Both the position numbers and the translations under genes were made by a program. DNA of 56,602 bases from Acidimicrobiales bacterium. GTDB lineage: Bacteria > Actinomycetota > Acidimicrobiia > Acidimicrobiales > RAAP-2. Numbering within the stretch: the stretch's first letter is position 1; each line of letters opens with the position of its first letter. The stretch spans positions 1 through 56,602 of the forward strand of contig JASHYA010000322.1 in assembly GCA_030043315.1 (NCBI GenBank). Reading direction: 5' to 3'. Below the pieces are notes generated by a model, which saw only the letters and a list, made by a program, of their open reading frames with translations, had not been told where the DNA came from and ran no database searches. Of the stretch, positions 26,508 through 35,007 are shown in pieces.

Positions 26508-26615
26508 CCACCCTCTCTCGTCCTAGGCCGAACCTGGGGGACGAAACGGCAGGCTAACACGGCGAGGAAACAGCATCCACTCCCGGTGGACAGCCGAACG
26601 TCCGCAGCGGACCGG

Positions 26616-27212
26616 TCAGCGCCGCGGGCTGCCGTATGCGATGACGGAGAGGAAGCGGATCGGGAGCTCGATGAGGGACGTCGGGCCGTGCACGACCTCG
26701 CCGGCGAACTGGATGGCGTCCCCGGGCGACAACACGTAGCGGTCGGCACCGTAGCCGTACTCGACGACACCGTGAAGCACGTAGATGAACTCGATGCCCG
26801 GGTGCTGGAACAGCGGGAAAACCTCGCTGTGCTCGTTCAGTTCCACGAGCATCGGCTCCATCACCTTGTTCGGGCCGCGCATCTCGCCCAGCAGCTGGTA
26901 GTGGTGGCCGACGCGGGTGCCCTTGCGGACGATCTCGATGCCCTGGCCGGCGCGGATCACAAGCGCGTCGTGCTCCTCGTCGAGGCCCCGGAACAGTGAG
27001 GTGAGCGGTACCGAGATCGCGGCCGCGAGCTTGACGAGGGTGCCGAGGCTTGGCGAGGCCTGCGCGTTCTCGATCTTCGAGAGCATCCCCTTGGAGATGC
27101 CCGACCGCTCCGCGAGCTGCTCAACGGTGAGGCCGAGCTGGTTCCGATACTCACGCACCCGCTGTGCAATCACCCAGCCGACGCCGGAATCGAGCGCGTC
27201 AGCGCTCGTCAC
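26616..27212 (-). CDS. XRE-family HTH transcriptional regulator with a C-terminal cupin domain
   Basis: HTH reads IAQRVREYRNQLGLTVEQLAERSGISKGMLSKIENAQ. Cupin reads HPGIEFIYVLHGVVEY...PGDAIQF. The GTG at 27212 was chosen; ORF 26616..27878 is over-extended and the start is uncertain. Confidence 0.75.
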   Translation of the reverse strand: MTSADALDSGVGWVIAQRVREYRNQLGLTVEQLAERSGISKGMLSKIENAQASPSLGTLVKLAAAISVPLTSLFRGLDEEHDALVIRAGQGIEIVRKGTRVGHHYQLLGEMRGPNKVMEPMLVELNEHSEVFPLFQHPGIEFIYVLHGVVEYGYGADRYVLSPGDAIQFAGEVVHGPTSLIELPIRFLSVIAYGSPRR

Positions 27213-27282
27213 AGCCGGGCCGGGTGGTCTGGCGCGGCTGGCTCGGTTCCCGCGGTCGGGAAGAGCCAGCGGCGGACGGTCG

Positions 27283-27296
27283 GCGTTGGCCAACGC
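27283..27296. promoter_or_regulatory. perfect 14-bp palindrome GCGTTGGCCAACGC, candidate operator
   Basis: Located in the divergent region between the XRE-cupin regulator and the GcvT-like gene. Confidence 0.3.
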
Positions 27297-27455
27297 GTTA
27301 CGCCGCGAGGGACGCGCAGACCCCGAGCTGGTGGTGGCGCCCCGCGACGTCGACTTCGTGGTCCTCGCCACGGGCAAAAGTGTACTGGCAGGGAAGACGA
27401 TCTCGGACGCCTTGACTATTGTGGCCTGACCGCATCCACCTCGCAGGAGGCAGAC

Positions 27456-28580
27456 GTGAGCATCGACACCGCGTTTCGTCCTCGCTTCGACGAGCTCACC
27501 GATCGGTGGATCGACCTGTTCGGGTACTCGGCGCCGGCCGTGGTGACCGATACGCTCGAGGAGTACCGAGCAGTTCGTCAACGGGCCGGGCTGATGGACT
27601 TCTCGATGTTGCGCAAGGTCGACGTGACCGGCACGGGGGCGGTCGCGTTGCTGAACCGCATTCTCACTCGCGACCTGAGGAAGGTACGGGTGGGTCGCAT
27701 CGCGTACGGGGCGATCTGTGACGAGGACGGCAAGATGGTCGACGACTGCACGGCGTCCATCTACTCTCCCGACCACGTCCGCTTCTGCGGAGCAAACGAC
27801 CGCGACGCGGAGATCTTCTCGACGAGGATCGGCTCTGAGTCGGTGAGGATCCAAGTATTCACCGACGCCATGCCGCACCTCTGCGTGCAGGGACCGCGCA
27901 GCCGCGACATCTTGCAGGCGCTGACCGACTCCGACCTCAGCGGGGAGACCTTCCCCTACTACACCTTCCGAGACGGTGTCGAGATCTCCGGCATCCCCGT
28001 CTTCATGACGCGACTCGGGTACACCGCAGAGCTCGGCTACGAGGTGTGGGTCGAGCGCGGTCGGGCTCTCGAGTTATGGGACGTTCTCTTCAAGGCCGGG
28101 AAGGACTTCGGCATGGCCGTCATCGGCATGGACGCCCTCGACCTGCTCAGGATCGAAGGCGGCTTCGTCATTGGTGGCGTCGAATACGACCCCTCCGTCT
28201 CGCCGTTCGAGTGCGGGCTCGGATGGGCGATCGACTTTGACAAAGGTGACTTTCTTGGCCGGAGCCGCCTACTCGAGGACCGTGACACCACCGAGCTCCG
28301 CCTCACGAGCGTCGTGCTCGACGACGCCGGACCTGCCGCCAGCGGCGCCGTCCTCACCGTCGTCGGCGAGGACGAGCCCGCCGGGGTCGTGACCCAGGCG
28401 GTGAGCTCTCCTTACCTCGGAGGGCGGACGCTCGGTCTCGCCAAGCTCCGCAAGCCCCACCATGTGGCCGGGACGCCGATCACCGCAGCCGTCGAGGGAC
28501 GTGAAGTGCGGGGTGAAGTCGTCTCCCACCCGGTCTACGACCCCAAGCGCACGCGGGCGAAGGAGACTGCTCGAGCCTGA
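27456..28580 (+). CDS. aminomethyltransferase-family (GcvT-like) folate-binding protein
   Basis: EEYRAVRQRAGLMDFSMLRKVDVTG, LCVQGPRSRDIL, TRLGYTAELGYEVWV. GTG start preceded by GCAGGAGGCAGAC. Confidence 0.85.
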   Translation: MSIDTAFRPRFDELTDRWIDLFGYSAPAVVTDTLEEYRAVRQRAGLMDFSMLRKVDVTGTGAVALLNRILTRDLRKVRVGRIAYGAICDEDGKMVDDCTASIYSPDHVRFCGANDRDAEIFSTRIGSESVRIQVFTDAMPHLCVQGPRSRDILQALTDSDLSGETFPYYTFRDGVEISGIPVFMTRLGYTAELGYEVWVERGRALELWDVLFKAGKDFGMAVIGMDALDLLRIEGGFVIGGVEYDPSVSPFECGLGWAIDFDKGDFLGRSRLLEDRDTTELRLTSVVLDDAGPAASGAVLTVVGEDEPAGVVTQAVSSPYLGGRTLGLAKLRKPHHVAGTPITAAVEGREVRGEVVSHPVYDPKRTRAKETARA

Positions 28581-28603
28581 AGGACGCGCGCCGGGCTTCG
28601 GAG

Positions 28604-28894
28604 CTAGGCGGGTGTCGCGCTCTTCAGGTGGTTCTTCCCACGGCCCGCGCCGAGGCGTCGCAGCGGCGAGAGGTACCAGGTGACCCCGACCGCCGTGGCG
28701 CCGACAGCGCCCCACAGGTTCGGGTACGGGTGACCGTAGAGCAGGCCGGCGACGATTCCGTAGGTAGCGGCCACGGCAATCATGCCCGGCGAGCGCAGGA
28801 AGATGGCGCTGACACCACGGAGCCCTCGCCCAGCGCTGATCGTGAGCACGGCGGACGCGCCTTGCGGATGGTCCGCGTCGATCCGCTCGCTCAC
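28604..28894 (-). CDS. small hypothetical membrane protein (about 2 TM)
   Basis: 96 aa with the hydrophobic stretches MIAVAATYGIVAGLLYG and LWGAVGATAVGVTWYL. The GTG start overlaps the stop of the upstream GcvT-like gene (GTGA). Confidence 0.4.
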   Translation of the reverse strand: MSERIDADHPQGASAVLTISAGRGLRGVSAIFLRSPGMIAVAATYGIVAGLLYGHPYPNLWGAVGATAVGVTWYLSPLRRLGAGRGKNHLKSATPA

Positions 28895-30027
28895 GACTTC
28901 GGCCGAGTCTTCTCGGGGTCGTAGAAGGGCACGCGCGCGACGCTCGCGCGGATCGGCTCCCCGCCTTCAGACCGAGAGACGGTCAACTGCGGTCCCTGGG
29001 TGTGTGCCACCTCGACGCGGGCGAAGCCGATGGGGCAGCCGCAGTAGGGCGAGGAGATCGCGCTCGTGATGACGCCCACCGGCTCCGACCCGGCCAGAAC
29101 GGCGTCCCCGTTCGCGGGTACGTCGTCTCCCTCGAGCACGAGTCCGATGAAGGCCTGCTTCGGTTCGGTGCGGCGCCGGTTAAGCGCCTCCTTGCCGACG
29201 TACGGGTCGGCCTTCGAGCGCGTCACCGTGAAGCCGATCCCTGCCTCGAAAGGGTCTTCTGACCCTTCGTACTCGTAGCCCTTGAAGATGAGACCCGCCT
29301 CCACGCGGACGACGTCGAGTGCGTCGAGACCGAGTGGCGCGAGGCCGTACGGCTCCCCCGCGGCCCAGATCCGGTCGAAGACGTCTCCCCCGTCCTCGGG
29401 GCGGCACCACACCTCGTACCCGAGCTCTCCCGAGTAGCCGGTCCGAGAGACGAGCACGTCGGGACCGCCGGAGGACCCGAGGCGGCCTTCGGTGAACGTG
29501 AACCACGTGAGCTCGGACACGCGCCGGGCACCTTCGTTCGGCACCACCATCGACGACAGGATGTCCCTGCTGGCGGGACCCTGCACCGCCAGGTTGTGGA
29601 GCCGGTCCGTCGAGTTCTCGAGCGAGACGTCGAGCCCGTTTCGCCTTGCGATCCCCGCGAGCCACGCCTCGTCCTCGTCGGTGTAGCCGATCCAGCGGAA
29701 GCGCTCCGGCCCGAAGCGGAAGATCGTGCCGTCGTCGACGACCTGGCCCTCCTCGTCACAGAGGGCGGTGTAGACGACGTCGCCGTCCTTGAGGCGCTTC
29801 ACGTCCCGAGTGGCGGCCGCCTGCAGGACGGCTTCGGAGCCGGGACCCGACACCTCGACCTTGCGGAGGGGCGTGAGGTCGATGACGATCGCCCGCTCCC
29901 TGCACGCCCGGTACTCCTCGAGGATGTCGGCCGCGTACTGGGAGGGGAAGTCGTAGTCGGCGTATTCCACGAACGTCGCGCCGAGGGCGGCGGTGCGGTC
30001 GTAGAAGCCGCTTCTCTTCAGTGCCAC
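28891..30027 (-). CDS. aminomethyltransferase-family (GcvT-like) folate-binding protein, second paralogue
   Basis: EEYRACRERAIVIDLTPLRKVEVSG, LAVQGPASRDIL, SRTGYSGELGYEVWC. GTG start with a GAAAGGA SD. Confidence 0.85.
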   Translation of the reverse strand: MALKRSGFYDRTAALGATFVEYADYDFPSQYAADILEEYRACRERAIVIDLTPLRKVEVSGPGSEAVLQAAATRDVKRLKDGDVVYTALCDEEGQVVDDGTIFRFGPERFRWIGYTDEDEAWLAGIARRNGLDVSLENSTDRLHNLAVQGPASRDILSSMVVPNEGARRVSELTWFTFTEGRLGSSGGPDVLVSRTGYSGELGYEVWCRPEDGGDVFDRIWAAGEPYGLAPLGLDALDVVRVEAGLIFKGYEYEGSEDPFEAGIGFTVTRSKADPYVGKEALNRRRTEPKQAFIGLVLEGDDVPANGDAVLAGSEPVGVITSAISSPYCGCPIGFARVEVAHTQGPQLTVSRSEGGEPIRASVARVPFYDPEKTRPKS

Positions 30028-30075
30028 AGGATCGTCCTTTCCGGGCGTGACGTGTCGTCCACCGAGCGGCGGACG

Positions 30076-31413
30076 TCAGCTCCAGGGGTATGGCGAGTGG
30101 CTGACCGGGTGGAGCCGGCCCTCGGCGTAGCGGGAGAACCGGAACGGCTCGAGCAACGGCTGACTCTCTCCGAGGAGCTCGCGGGCGACCAGCGCTCCGA
30201 CGCCGATCATCTTGTAGCCGTGGTTCGAGTCGGCGATCACGTACGCGTTCTCCGAGAACGTGTCGAAGACGGGGAAGCTGTCCGGCGTGAAGCAGCCGAG
30301 CCCGCCGGACGACTCCTTCTTGAAGTTGGGCCGCTTTCCCTCGAAGCGCTTGTGGCAGTGAGCGAGCGCCGAGGTCCACAGCCGGATGAAGTCCTCCCCG
30401 AGGGCGTAGTCCTCGCTCGCGGGCCCGTACGGGTCGACGTTCACCTGTTCGGCCGGTTTGTCGACGACATACGGCACGCCGCCACCCTGCACGCCACCGA
30501 AGTAGAGGTCGGGCTTGTAGTAGATGCCCCACAGCTGGTCCGTGACGAGCGAGCCGTCCATGTCGTCGATGAGCGGCGCGTCCGTGTCGACGTGGAGGAC
30601 GGGGGGCATCTCACCCGAGTCGGTGAGGAAGTAGTCCGGCGGGACCTCGACGGTCCCTTCTTGCAGGCACCAGTAGGTCCACATCGGCCGGCGGTAGAGC
30701 TGCCCGTCGCGACCTTTCACGTCGACGTCCTCGGACAGCCCGAGCATCTCCCAGAAGTCGCGCACCCACGGCCCGACGGCGACCACGACCTGGTCGCACG
30801 AGATCGGCCCGGTCTTCGTCTCTACCGCGGTGACCGCTCCCCCGCTCGTCGTGAACCCGGTCACCCGGACGCCCTCGAAGATCTCGACACCCGCGTTGCG
30901 CGCCTTGCGCTCGAGCCCGCGGAGAGATCCGACGTTGTTGGCGTAGCCGCCACGCTTTTCGTGAAGGACGACCGAGATGTTGCCGGCTTGCCAGTCCGAG
31001 AACATCGACCGCATGTAGCTCGTGCAGTCGTCTGGGCCTTCGATCAGGACGGACTCGTAGCCGATCGCACGCTGTTCCTCGTGGATCTTGGCCACGTCGG
31101 CGGCCATGACGTCGGGCGCGATCTGCATATAACCGACAGGGTTGTACGAGAAGGCGACCGGGTCCGACTCCCACACCGACACGGAATGCGCCATCAGCTC
31201 GCGCATCGCCGGTTGGAAGTAGTTGTTGCGGACGACTCCGCAGGCGATGCCCGTCGCGCCCGCCCCGACCCCGTTCTTGTCGACGACGATGACGTCGCCC
31301 CGCTTGAACGGTCCGGTTCGTCCGAGCCGTTCCGCGAGATGCCACGCCGTCGACAGTCCGTGGATTCCGCCTCCTATGACGACGTAGCGGGCTGACCTCG
31401 GTACCTCAGACAT
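30076..31413 (-). CDS. FAD-dependent oxidoreductase (DAO / SoxB-like amine oxidase-dehydrogenase family)
   Basis: Dinucleotide fold YVVIGGGIHGLSTAWHLA, and GATGIACGVVRNNY like SoxB. 445 aa. ATG with a GGGAGG SD. Confidence 0.8.
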   Translation of the reverse strand: MSEVPRSARYVVIGGGIHGLSTAWHLAERLGRTGPFKRGDVIVVDKNGVGAGATGIACGVVRNNYFQPAMRELMAHSVSVWESDPVAFSYNPVGYMQIAPDVMAADVAKIHEEQRAIGYESVLIEGPDDCTSYMRSMFSDWQAGNISVVLHEKRGGYANNVGSLRGLERKARNAGVEIFEGVRVTGFTTSGGAVTAVETKTGPISCDQVVVAVGPWVRDFWEMLGLSEDVDVKGRDGQLYRRPMWTYWCLQEGTVEVPPDYFLTDSGEMPPVLHVDTDAPLIDDMDGSLVTDQLWGIYYKPDLYFGGVQGGGVPYVVDKPAEQVNVDPYGPASEDYALGEDFIRLWTSALAHCHKRFEGKRPNFKKESSGGLGCFTPDSFPVFDTFSENAYVIADSNHGYKMIGVGALVARELLGESQPLLEPFRFSRYAEGRLHPVSHSPYPWS

Positions 31414-31452
31414 CTGTTGCGACCTCCCGTGAGGGACTCCCCCTCGTCTCGA

Positions 31453-31878
31453 TCAGTGTCCGCCAGCGGGCTCCCAGCCCGAAAGCGCCGGCGGCTCCCA
31501 GTGGCTCCCGACGACCTCGCTGTCCGCCGTCCACGGGCCGAGCGCCCGTTGCGGAAACTTGGCGTGCTTGCGCTTCAGCTGGATCCCGTACGAGTTGCCG
31601 GCCTGCAGGTGTGCGATGAGCACCTTGCGTGCGACCTCGTCCTCGCGCCCTTCGGGAATCGGAAAATGGATCTTGAGAAAGGAGTTCGAGTACCGGTCGA
31701 AGACGGCTGGCACGCCGTCCTCCGTGAGGAGGTGGACGTCCTCCAGCCAGTTGAGATCAGGTCCGGGCGTGGCAGCGACGAGGTCGATGTCCTCGACGAG
31801 GGAGATGTCGTGCTGGTAGGGATACGAGCGCCCGGCGAGCTCCTCTGCGTCGATGGTGACGTGGCGGGACTTGGCCAT
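31453..31878 (-). CDS. hypothetical protein (141 aa), translationally coupled to mgsC
   Basis: MAKSRHVTIDAEELAGRSYPYQHD...; I recognise no family. The ATG shares one base with the mgsC TGA (TGATG). ORF 31453..32334 is an out-of-context extension. Confidence 0.5.
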   Translation of the reverse strand: MAKSRHVTIDAEELAGRSYPYQHDISLVEDIDLVAATPGPDLNWLEDVHLLTEDGVPAVFDRYSNSFLKIHFPIPEGREDEVARKVLIAHLQAGNSYGIQLKRKHAKFPQRALGPWTADSEVVGSHWEPPALSGWEPAGGH

Positions 31879-33272
31879 CAGAGCTCCCCTTCGGTCGGAT
31901 TCTTCGAGAGGAGCCTGCGCATCTCGGCGAGCAGGTTCGCCTCGGTGACGCCGGGGATGTAGTCGGTGCCGGCCAGGGGCACCTTCGCCATCGCCGCCGC
32001 CTCGACCGTGAGCGCGCAGAGGTCCTCCGGCTCGAGGCTGTGGACGTTCGTCTTGCCGCACGCTCGGGCGAGCATCTGCACCTCGAGGGTCAGGGTGTGC
32101 AAGAAGTTGTAGACACGCTCGGCGGCTTCGTCGACGACGAGCCGCTTGCGCAGCTCGGGATCCTGCGTCGTGATCCCGACGGGACAGCGACCAGTGTGAC
32201 AGTGGTAGCAGTAGCCGGCCGGGACGCCGATCGTCCCCTCGTAGTCGGTCACGCCGGGGATCTCTTTGTTGCAATTGAGCGCCATCAGCGCCGAGTGGCC
32301 GATGGCGATAGCCGTCGCGCCCAGTGCGAGGCACTTGGCGACGTCGCCGCCGTTGCGGATGCCGCCGGCCACGACGAGGTCGATCTCATCGGCGAGGCCG
32401 ACGTCCTCGAGGGCCCTGCGCGCCTCGGGGATGGCGGCCATGAGCGGGATGCCCGTCTCCTCGGCCGCGATGTGCGGCCCCGCTCCCGTGCCGCCTTCGG
32501 CGCCGTCGAGATAGATGATGTCCGGGCCGCACTTGGCCGCCATGCGGACGTCGTCGTAGACGCGAGCCGCACCGAGCTTCAGCTGGATCGGGATCTGGTA
32601 GTCGGTCGCCTCCCGCACCTCCTGGATCTTCAAGGAGAGGTCGTCCGGGCCGAGCCAGTCGGGATGACGGGCGGGGCTGCGCTGGTCGATCCCGACCGGG
32701 AGCGAGCGCATCTCGGCCACCTGCTCGGTCACCTTCTGGCCCATGAGGTGGCCGCCGAGGCCGACCTTGCACCCCTGGCCGATGAAGAACTCGCACGCAT
32801 CGGCCAGCATGAGGTGGTGCGGGTTGAAGCCGTACCGGCTCTGGATGCACTGGTAGTACCACTTCGTCGAGAAGTCGCGCTCGGGTGGGATCATCCCTCC
32901 CTCGCCCGAGCACGTCGCCGTCCCTGCCATCGACGCTCCCTTGGCGAGTGCCATCTTCGCTTCGAGCGAGAGGGCGCCGAAGCTCATCCCGGTGATGTAG
33001 ATGGGGATGTCGAGCCGGATCGGGTTCTTGGCGAAGCGAGCGCCGAGCACGGTCTTCGTGAGGCATTTCTCGCGGTACCCCTCGATCACGAACCGGGTGA
33101 GGGTTCCCGGCAGGAACATGAGCTCGTCCCAGCTGGGCATCTTCTTGAAGAGCGAGAAGCCGCGCATGCGGTATCGGCCGAGCTCGGATTTGATGTGTAT
33201 GTCGTTGATCACCTCGGGGGTGAAGATCCTCGAGTGCCCGAGGATGCTGCGCTCCGATGTCTGTTCCTCCAC
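31878..33272 (-). CDS. mgsC: N-methylglutamate synthase subunit C (glutamate synthase FMN-domain protein)
   Basis: GltB domain-2 motifs: ITGMSFGALS, GEGGM, QGCKVGLGGHL, DGAEGGTGAGP, VVAGGIRNGGDV. GTG start with an AGGAGG SD. Confidence 0.85.
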   Translation of the reverse strand: MEEQTSERSILGHSRIFTPEVINDIHIKSELGRYRMRGFSLFKKMPSWDELMFLPGTLTRFVIEGYREKCLTKTVLGARFAKNPIRLDIPIYITGMSFGALSLEAKMALAKGASMAGTATCSGEGGMIPPERDFSTKWYYQCIQSRYGFNPHHLMLADACEFFIGQGCKVGLGGHLMGQKVTEQVAEMRSLPVGIDQRSPARHPDWLGPDDLSLKIQEVREATDYQIPIQLKLGAARVYDDVRMAAKCGPDIIYLDGAEGGTGAGPHIAAEETGIPLMAAIPEARRALEDVGLADEIDLVVAGGIRNGGDVAKCLALGATAIAIGHSALMALNCNKEIPGVTDYEGTIGVPAGYCYHCHTGRCPVGITTQDPELRKRLVVDEAAERVYNFLHTLTLEVQMLARACGKTNVHSLEPEDLCALTVEAAAMAKVPLAGTDYIPGVTEANLLAEMRRLLSKNPTEGEL

Positions 33273-33281
33273 ACCTGCCTC

Positions 33282-34073
33282 CTAGAGGACGAGCTTGCGC
33301 TCGTTCGGCTCGAGCGAGTCGTAGTTCCACAGCTTCCGCCCACACTCGAACTTGCGGAAGCTTCCGGGGTGCTCGATCCCGTAGGCCGTGAGCTTCCCTT
33401 TCAGCATCTCCTCGTCGGTGTCGGTCAACTCGGCTTCCACGCAGTCGACGCCGAGCGACTCGACCTTGCCGGCGACGTAGATGGCGCCGTCGTACATCGA
33501 GTCGCCGAGCCCCGGACCGACGTTCCCGCAGATGATCTGGCGCCCCCGCTGCATCATGAAGCCGGTCATCAGCCCGGCGTTCCCCCCGACGATGATGGTG
33601 CCGCCCTTCTGGTCGATGCCGGTTCGGGCCCCGACGTCGCCGCGCACGACAAGATCGCCGCCTCGAAGTGCTGCACCGGCGAGCGATCCTGCGTTCTTGT
33701 CGATGACGACGACACCCGCCATCATGTTCTCGGCGACGGACCAGCCGACACGACCGGCCACCTCGGCTTCCGGCCCGTCGATCAGCCCGAGCCCGAAGTA
33801 GCCGAGGCTGCCCTCGAAGCGCAGCCTGCACCGTTCGAGGATGGCCACCCCGATCGAGTGCTTGGCGCCGGGGTTGAGGACCGTGATGTCCCTCACGCCC
33901 TGGTCCACGAGCAGCCAGCGGATCTCGAGATTGACGCGTCTCGTCGAGTAGCCGGTCGCGTCGAAGACGGCGCGACCGTCCTCGATCTTCGACGTCTTGG
34001 GAGCCTCGGCGTCGGGCTCGACGAGCCCGCGGGCGTCGTAGCGGATCCTGCGCTCTCCTACTACCTGTGCCAC
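33282..34073 (-). CDS. mgsB: N-methylglutamate synthase subunit B (GXGXG-motif glutamate synthase domain)
   Basis: Beta-helix repeats: GSLGYFGLG, AGRVGWSV, VRGDVGARTG, VGGNAGLMTG, CGNVGPGLG. Confidence 0.85.
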   Translation of the reverse strand: MAQVVGERRIRYDARGLVEPDAEAPKTSKIEDGRAVFDATGYSTRRVNLEIRWLLVDQGVRDITVLNPGAKHSIGVAILERCRLRFEGSLGYFGLGLIDGPEAEVAGRVGWSVAENMMAGVVVIDKNAGSLAGAALRGGDLVVRGDVGARTGIDQKGGTIIVGGNAGLMTGFMMQRGRQIICGNVGPGLGDSMYDGAIYVAGKVESLGVDCVEAELTDTDEEMLKGKLTAYGIEHPGSFRKFECGRKLWNYDSLEPNERKLVL

Positions 34074-34993
34074 ACGAGCACCTCCCCCTCGTACGGGTCG
34101 TGCGTATCGATCTCGTGGTCGATGACGGCCCTGATGGCGACTTCTTCGGAGGCGAGCGCCACGAGGTCCTCGCCTTCGTAGAGGACGAGCGGCTTCGCGG
34201 CCATCACGTCCTTTGCGACGCCGAGCTCGTCGCGGGTCACGACGACGTAGGTGAAGACGCCGTCGAAGTCATCGAGGCTCTCTTTGATGGCCGTCTCTAG
34301 CGGTACGGCGTGGTTCAACTTCTCGGCGAGGTAGACGGCGATGATCTCGGAGTCGCACTCGGACTGGAAGCGGTGGCCGAGTCGCTCGAGCCGACGGCGC
34401 CACTGGTGGTAGTTGGTCAACTGGCCGTTGTGGACGACAGCGACGTCGCCGAAGGGGTAGGCCCAGTACGGGTGGGCGCCGGCGATGTCGACATCGGACT
34501 CGGTTGCCATGCGGACGTGCCCGATGGCATGGGTTCCCGTGAAGTGGTCGAGCCCGTACTGCGCCGCGACGGAGACGGCGTCGCCGAGGTCCTTGACGAT
34601 CTCGAGCGAGTGCCCGACCGAGAGCACCTCTGCCCCCGAGATCGCCTCGACGTAGTCGACGAGCGACTTCAGGTCGCCCTCGTAGTCGATGACGGCACGG
34701 TAGGCGTAGTCCGTGACGCCTTCGAAGCGATCGATGCGGGCGCCCACCTTCCCGAGCCGAGCCTCCAGCTCGGCACGGCGCTGCTCGATCAGCTCGCTGA
34801 ACTCGATCGTGCGGGCGGCGTTCGGGTCCGCGAGCTTGATGCGCAACACCAGCTCCTCCGACGGCGCGCTGTACAGGGCGAAGCCGGTCGAGTCTGGACC
34901 CCGGTGCTTCATGGACTGAAGCATCCGCGTCATCTCCGACCCGACGTCAGCGACCGCGCCCCCCTTGTGGATGATGCCGGCGATGCCGCACAC
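34061..34993 (-). CDS. mgsA: N-methylglutamate synthase subunit A (class II glutamine amidotransferase domain)
   Basis: GTG-Cys start (V)CGIAGII, the Ntn nucleophile, with MKHRGPDSTG. An AAAGGAGAG SD lies directly after the gmaS stop. Confidence 0.85.
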   Translation of the reverse strand: MCGIAGIIHKGGAVADVGSEMTRMLQSMKHRGPDSTGFALYSAPSEELVLRIKLADPNAARTIEFSELIEQRRAELEARLGKVGARIDRFEGVTDYAYRAVIDYEGDLKSLVDYVEAISGAEVLSVGHSLEIVKDLGDAVSVAAQYGLDHFTGTHAIGHVRMATESDVDIAGAHPYWAYPFGDVAVVHNGQLTNYHQWRRRLERLGHRFQSECDSEIIAVYLAEKLNHAVPLETAIKESLDDFDGVFTYVVVTRDELGVAKDVMAAKPLVLYEGEDLVALASEEVAIRAVIDHEIDTHDPYEGEVLVWHR

Positions 34994-35007
34994 CGTGCTC
35001 TCCTTTC

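Noticed and set aside
25101-26999. 632-aa plus-strand ORF over soxB and the regulator. Similar long antisense ORFs occur at 29596..31395, 32040..34181, 35089..36510, 40706..42346, 19654..20547 and 22833..24179.
   Set aside because: All lie antisense to genes with clear family motifs and have a compositionally biased, motif-free translation.
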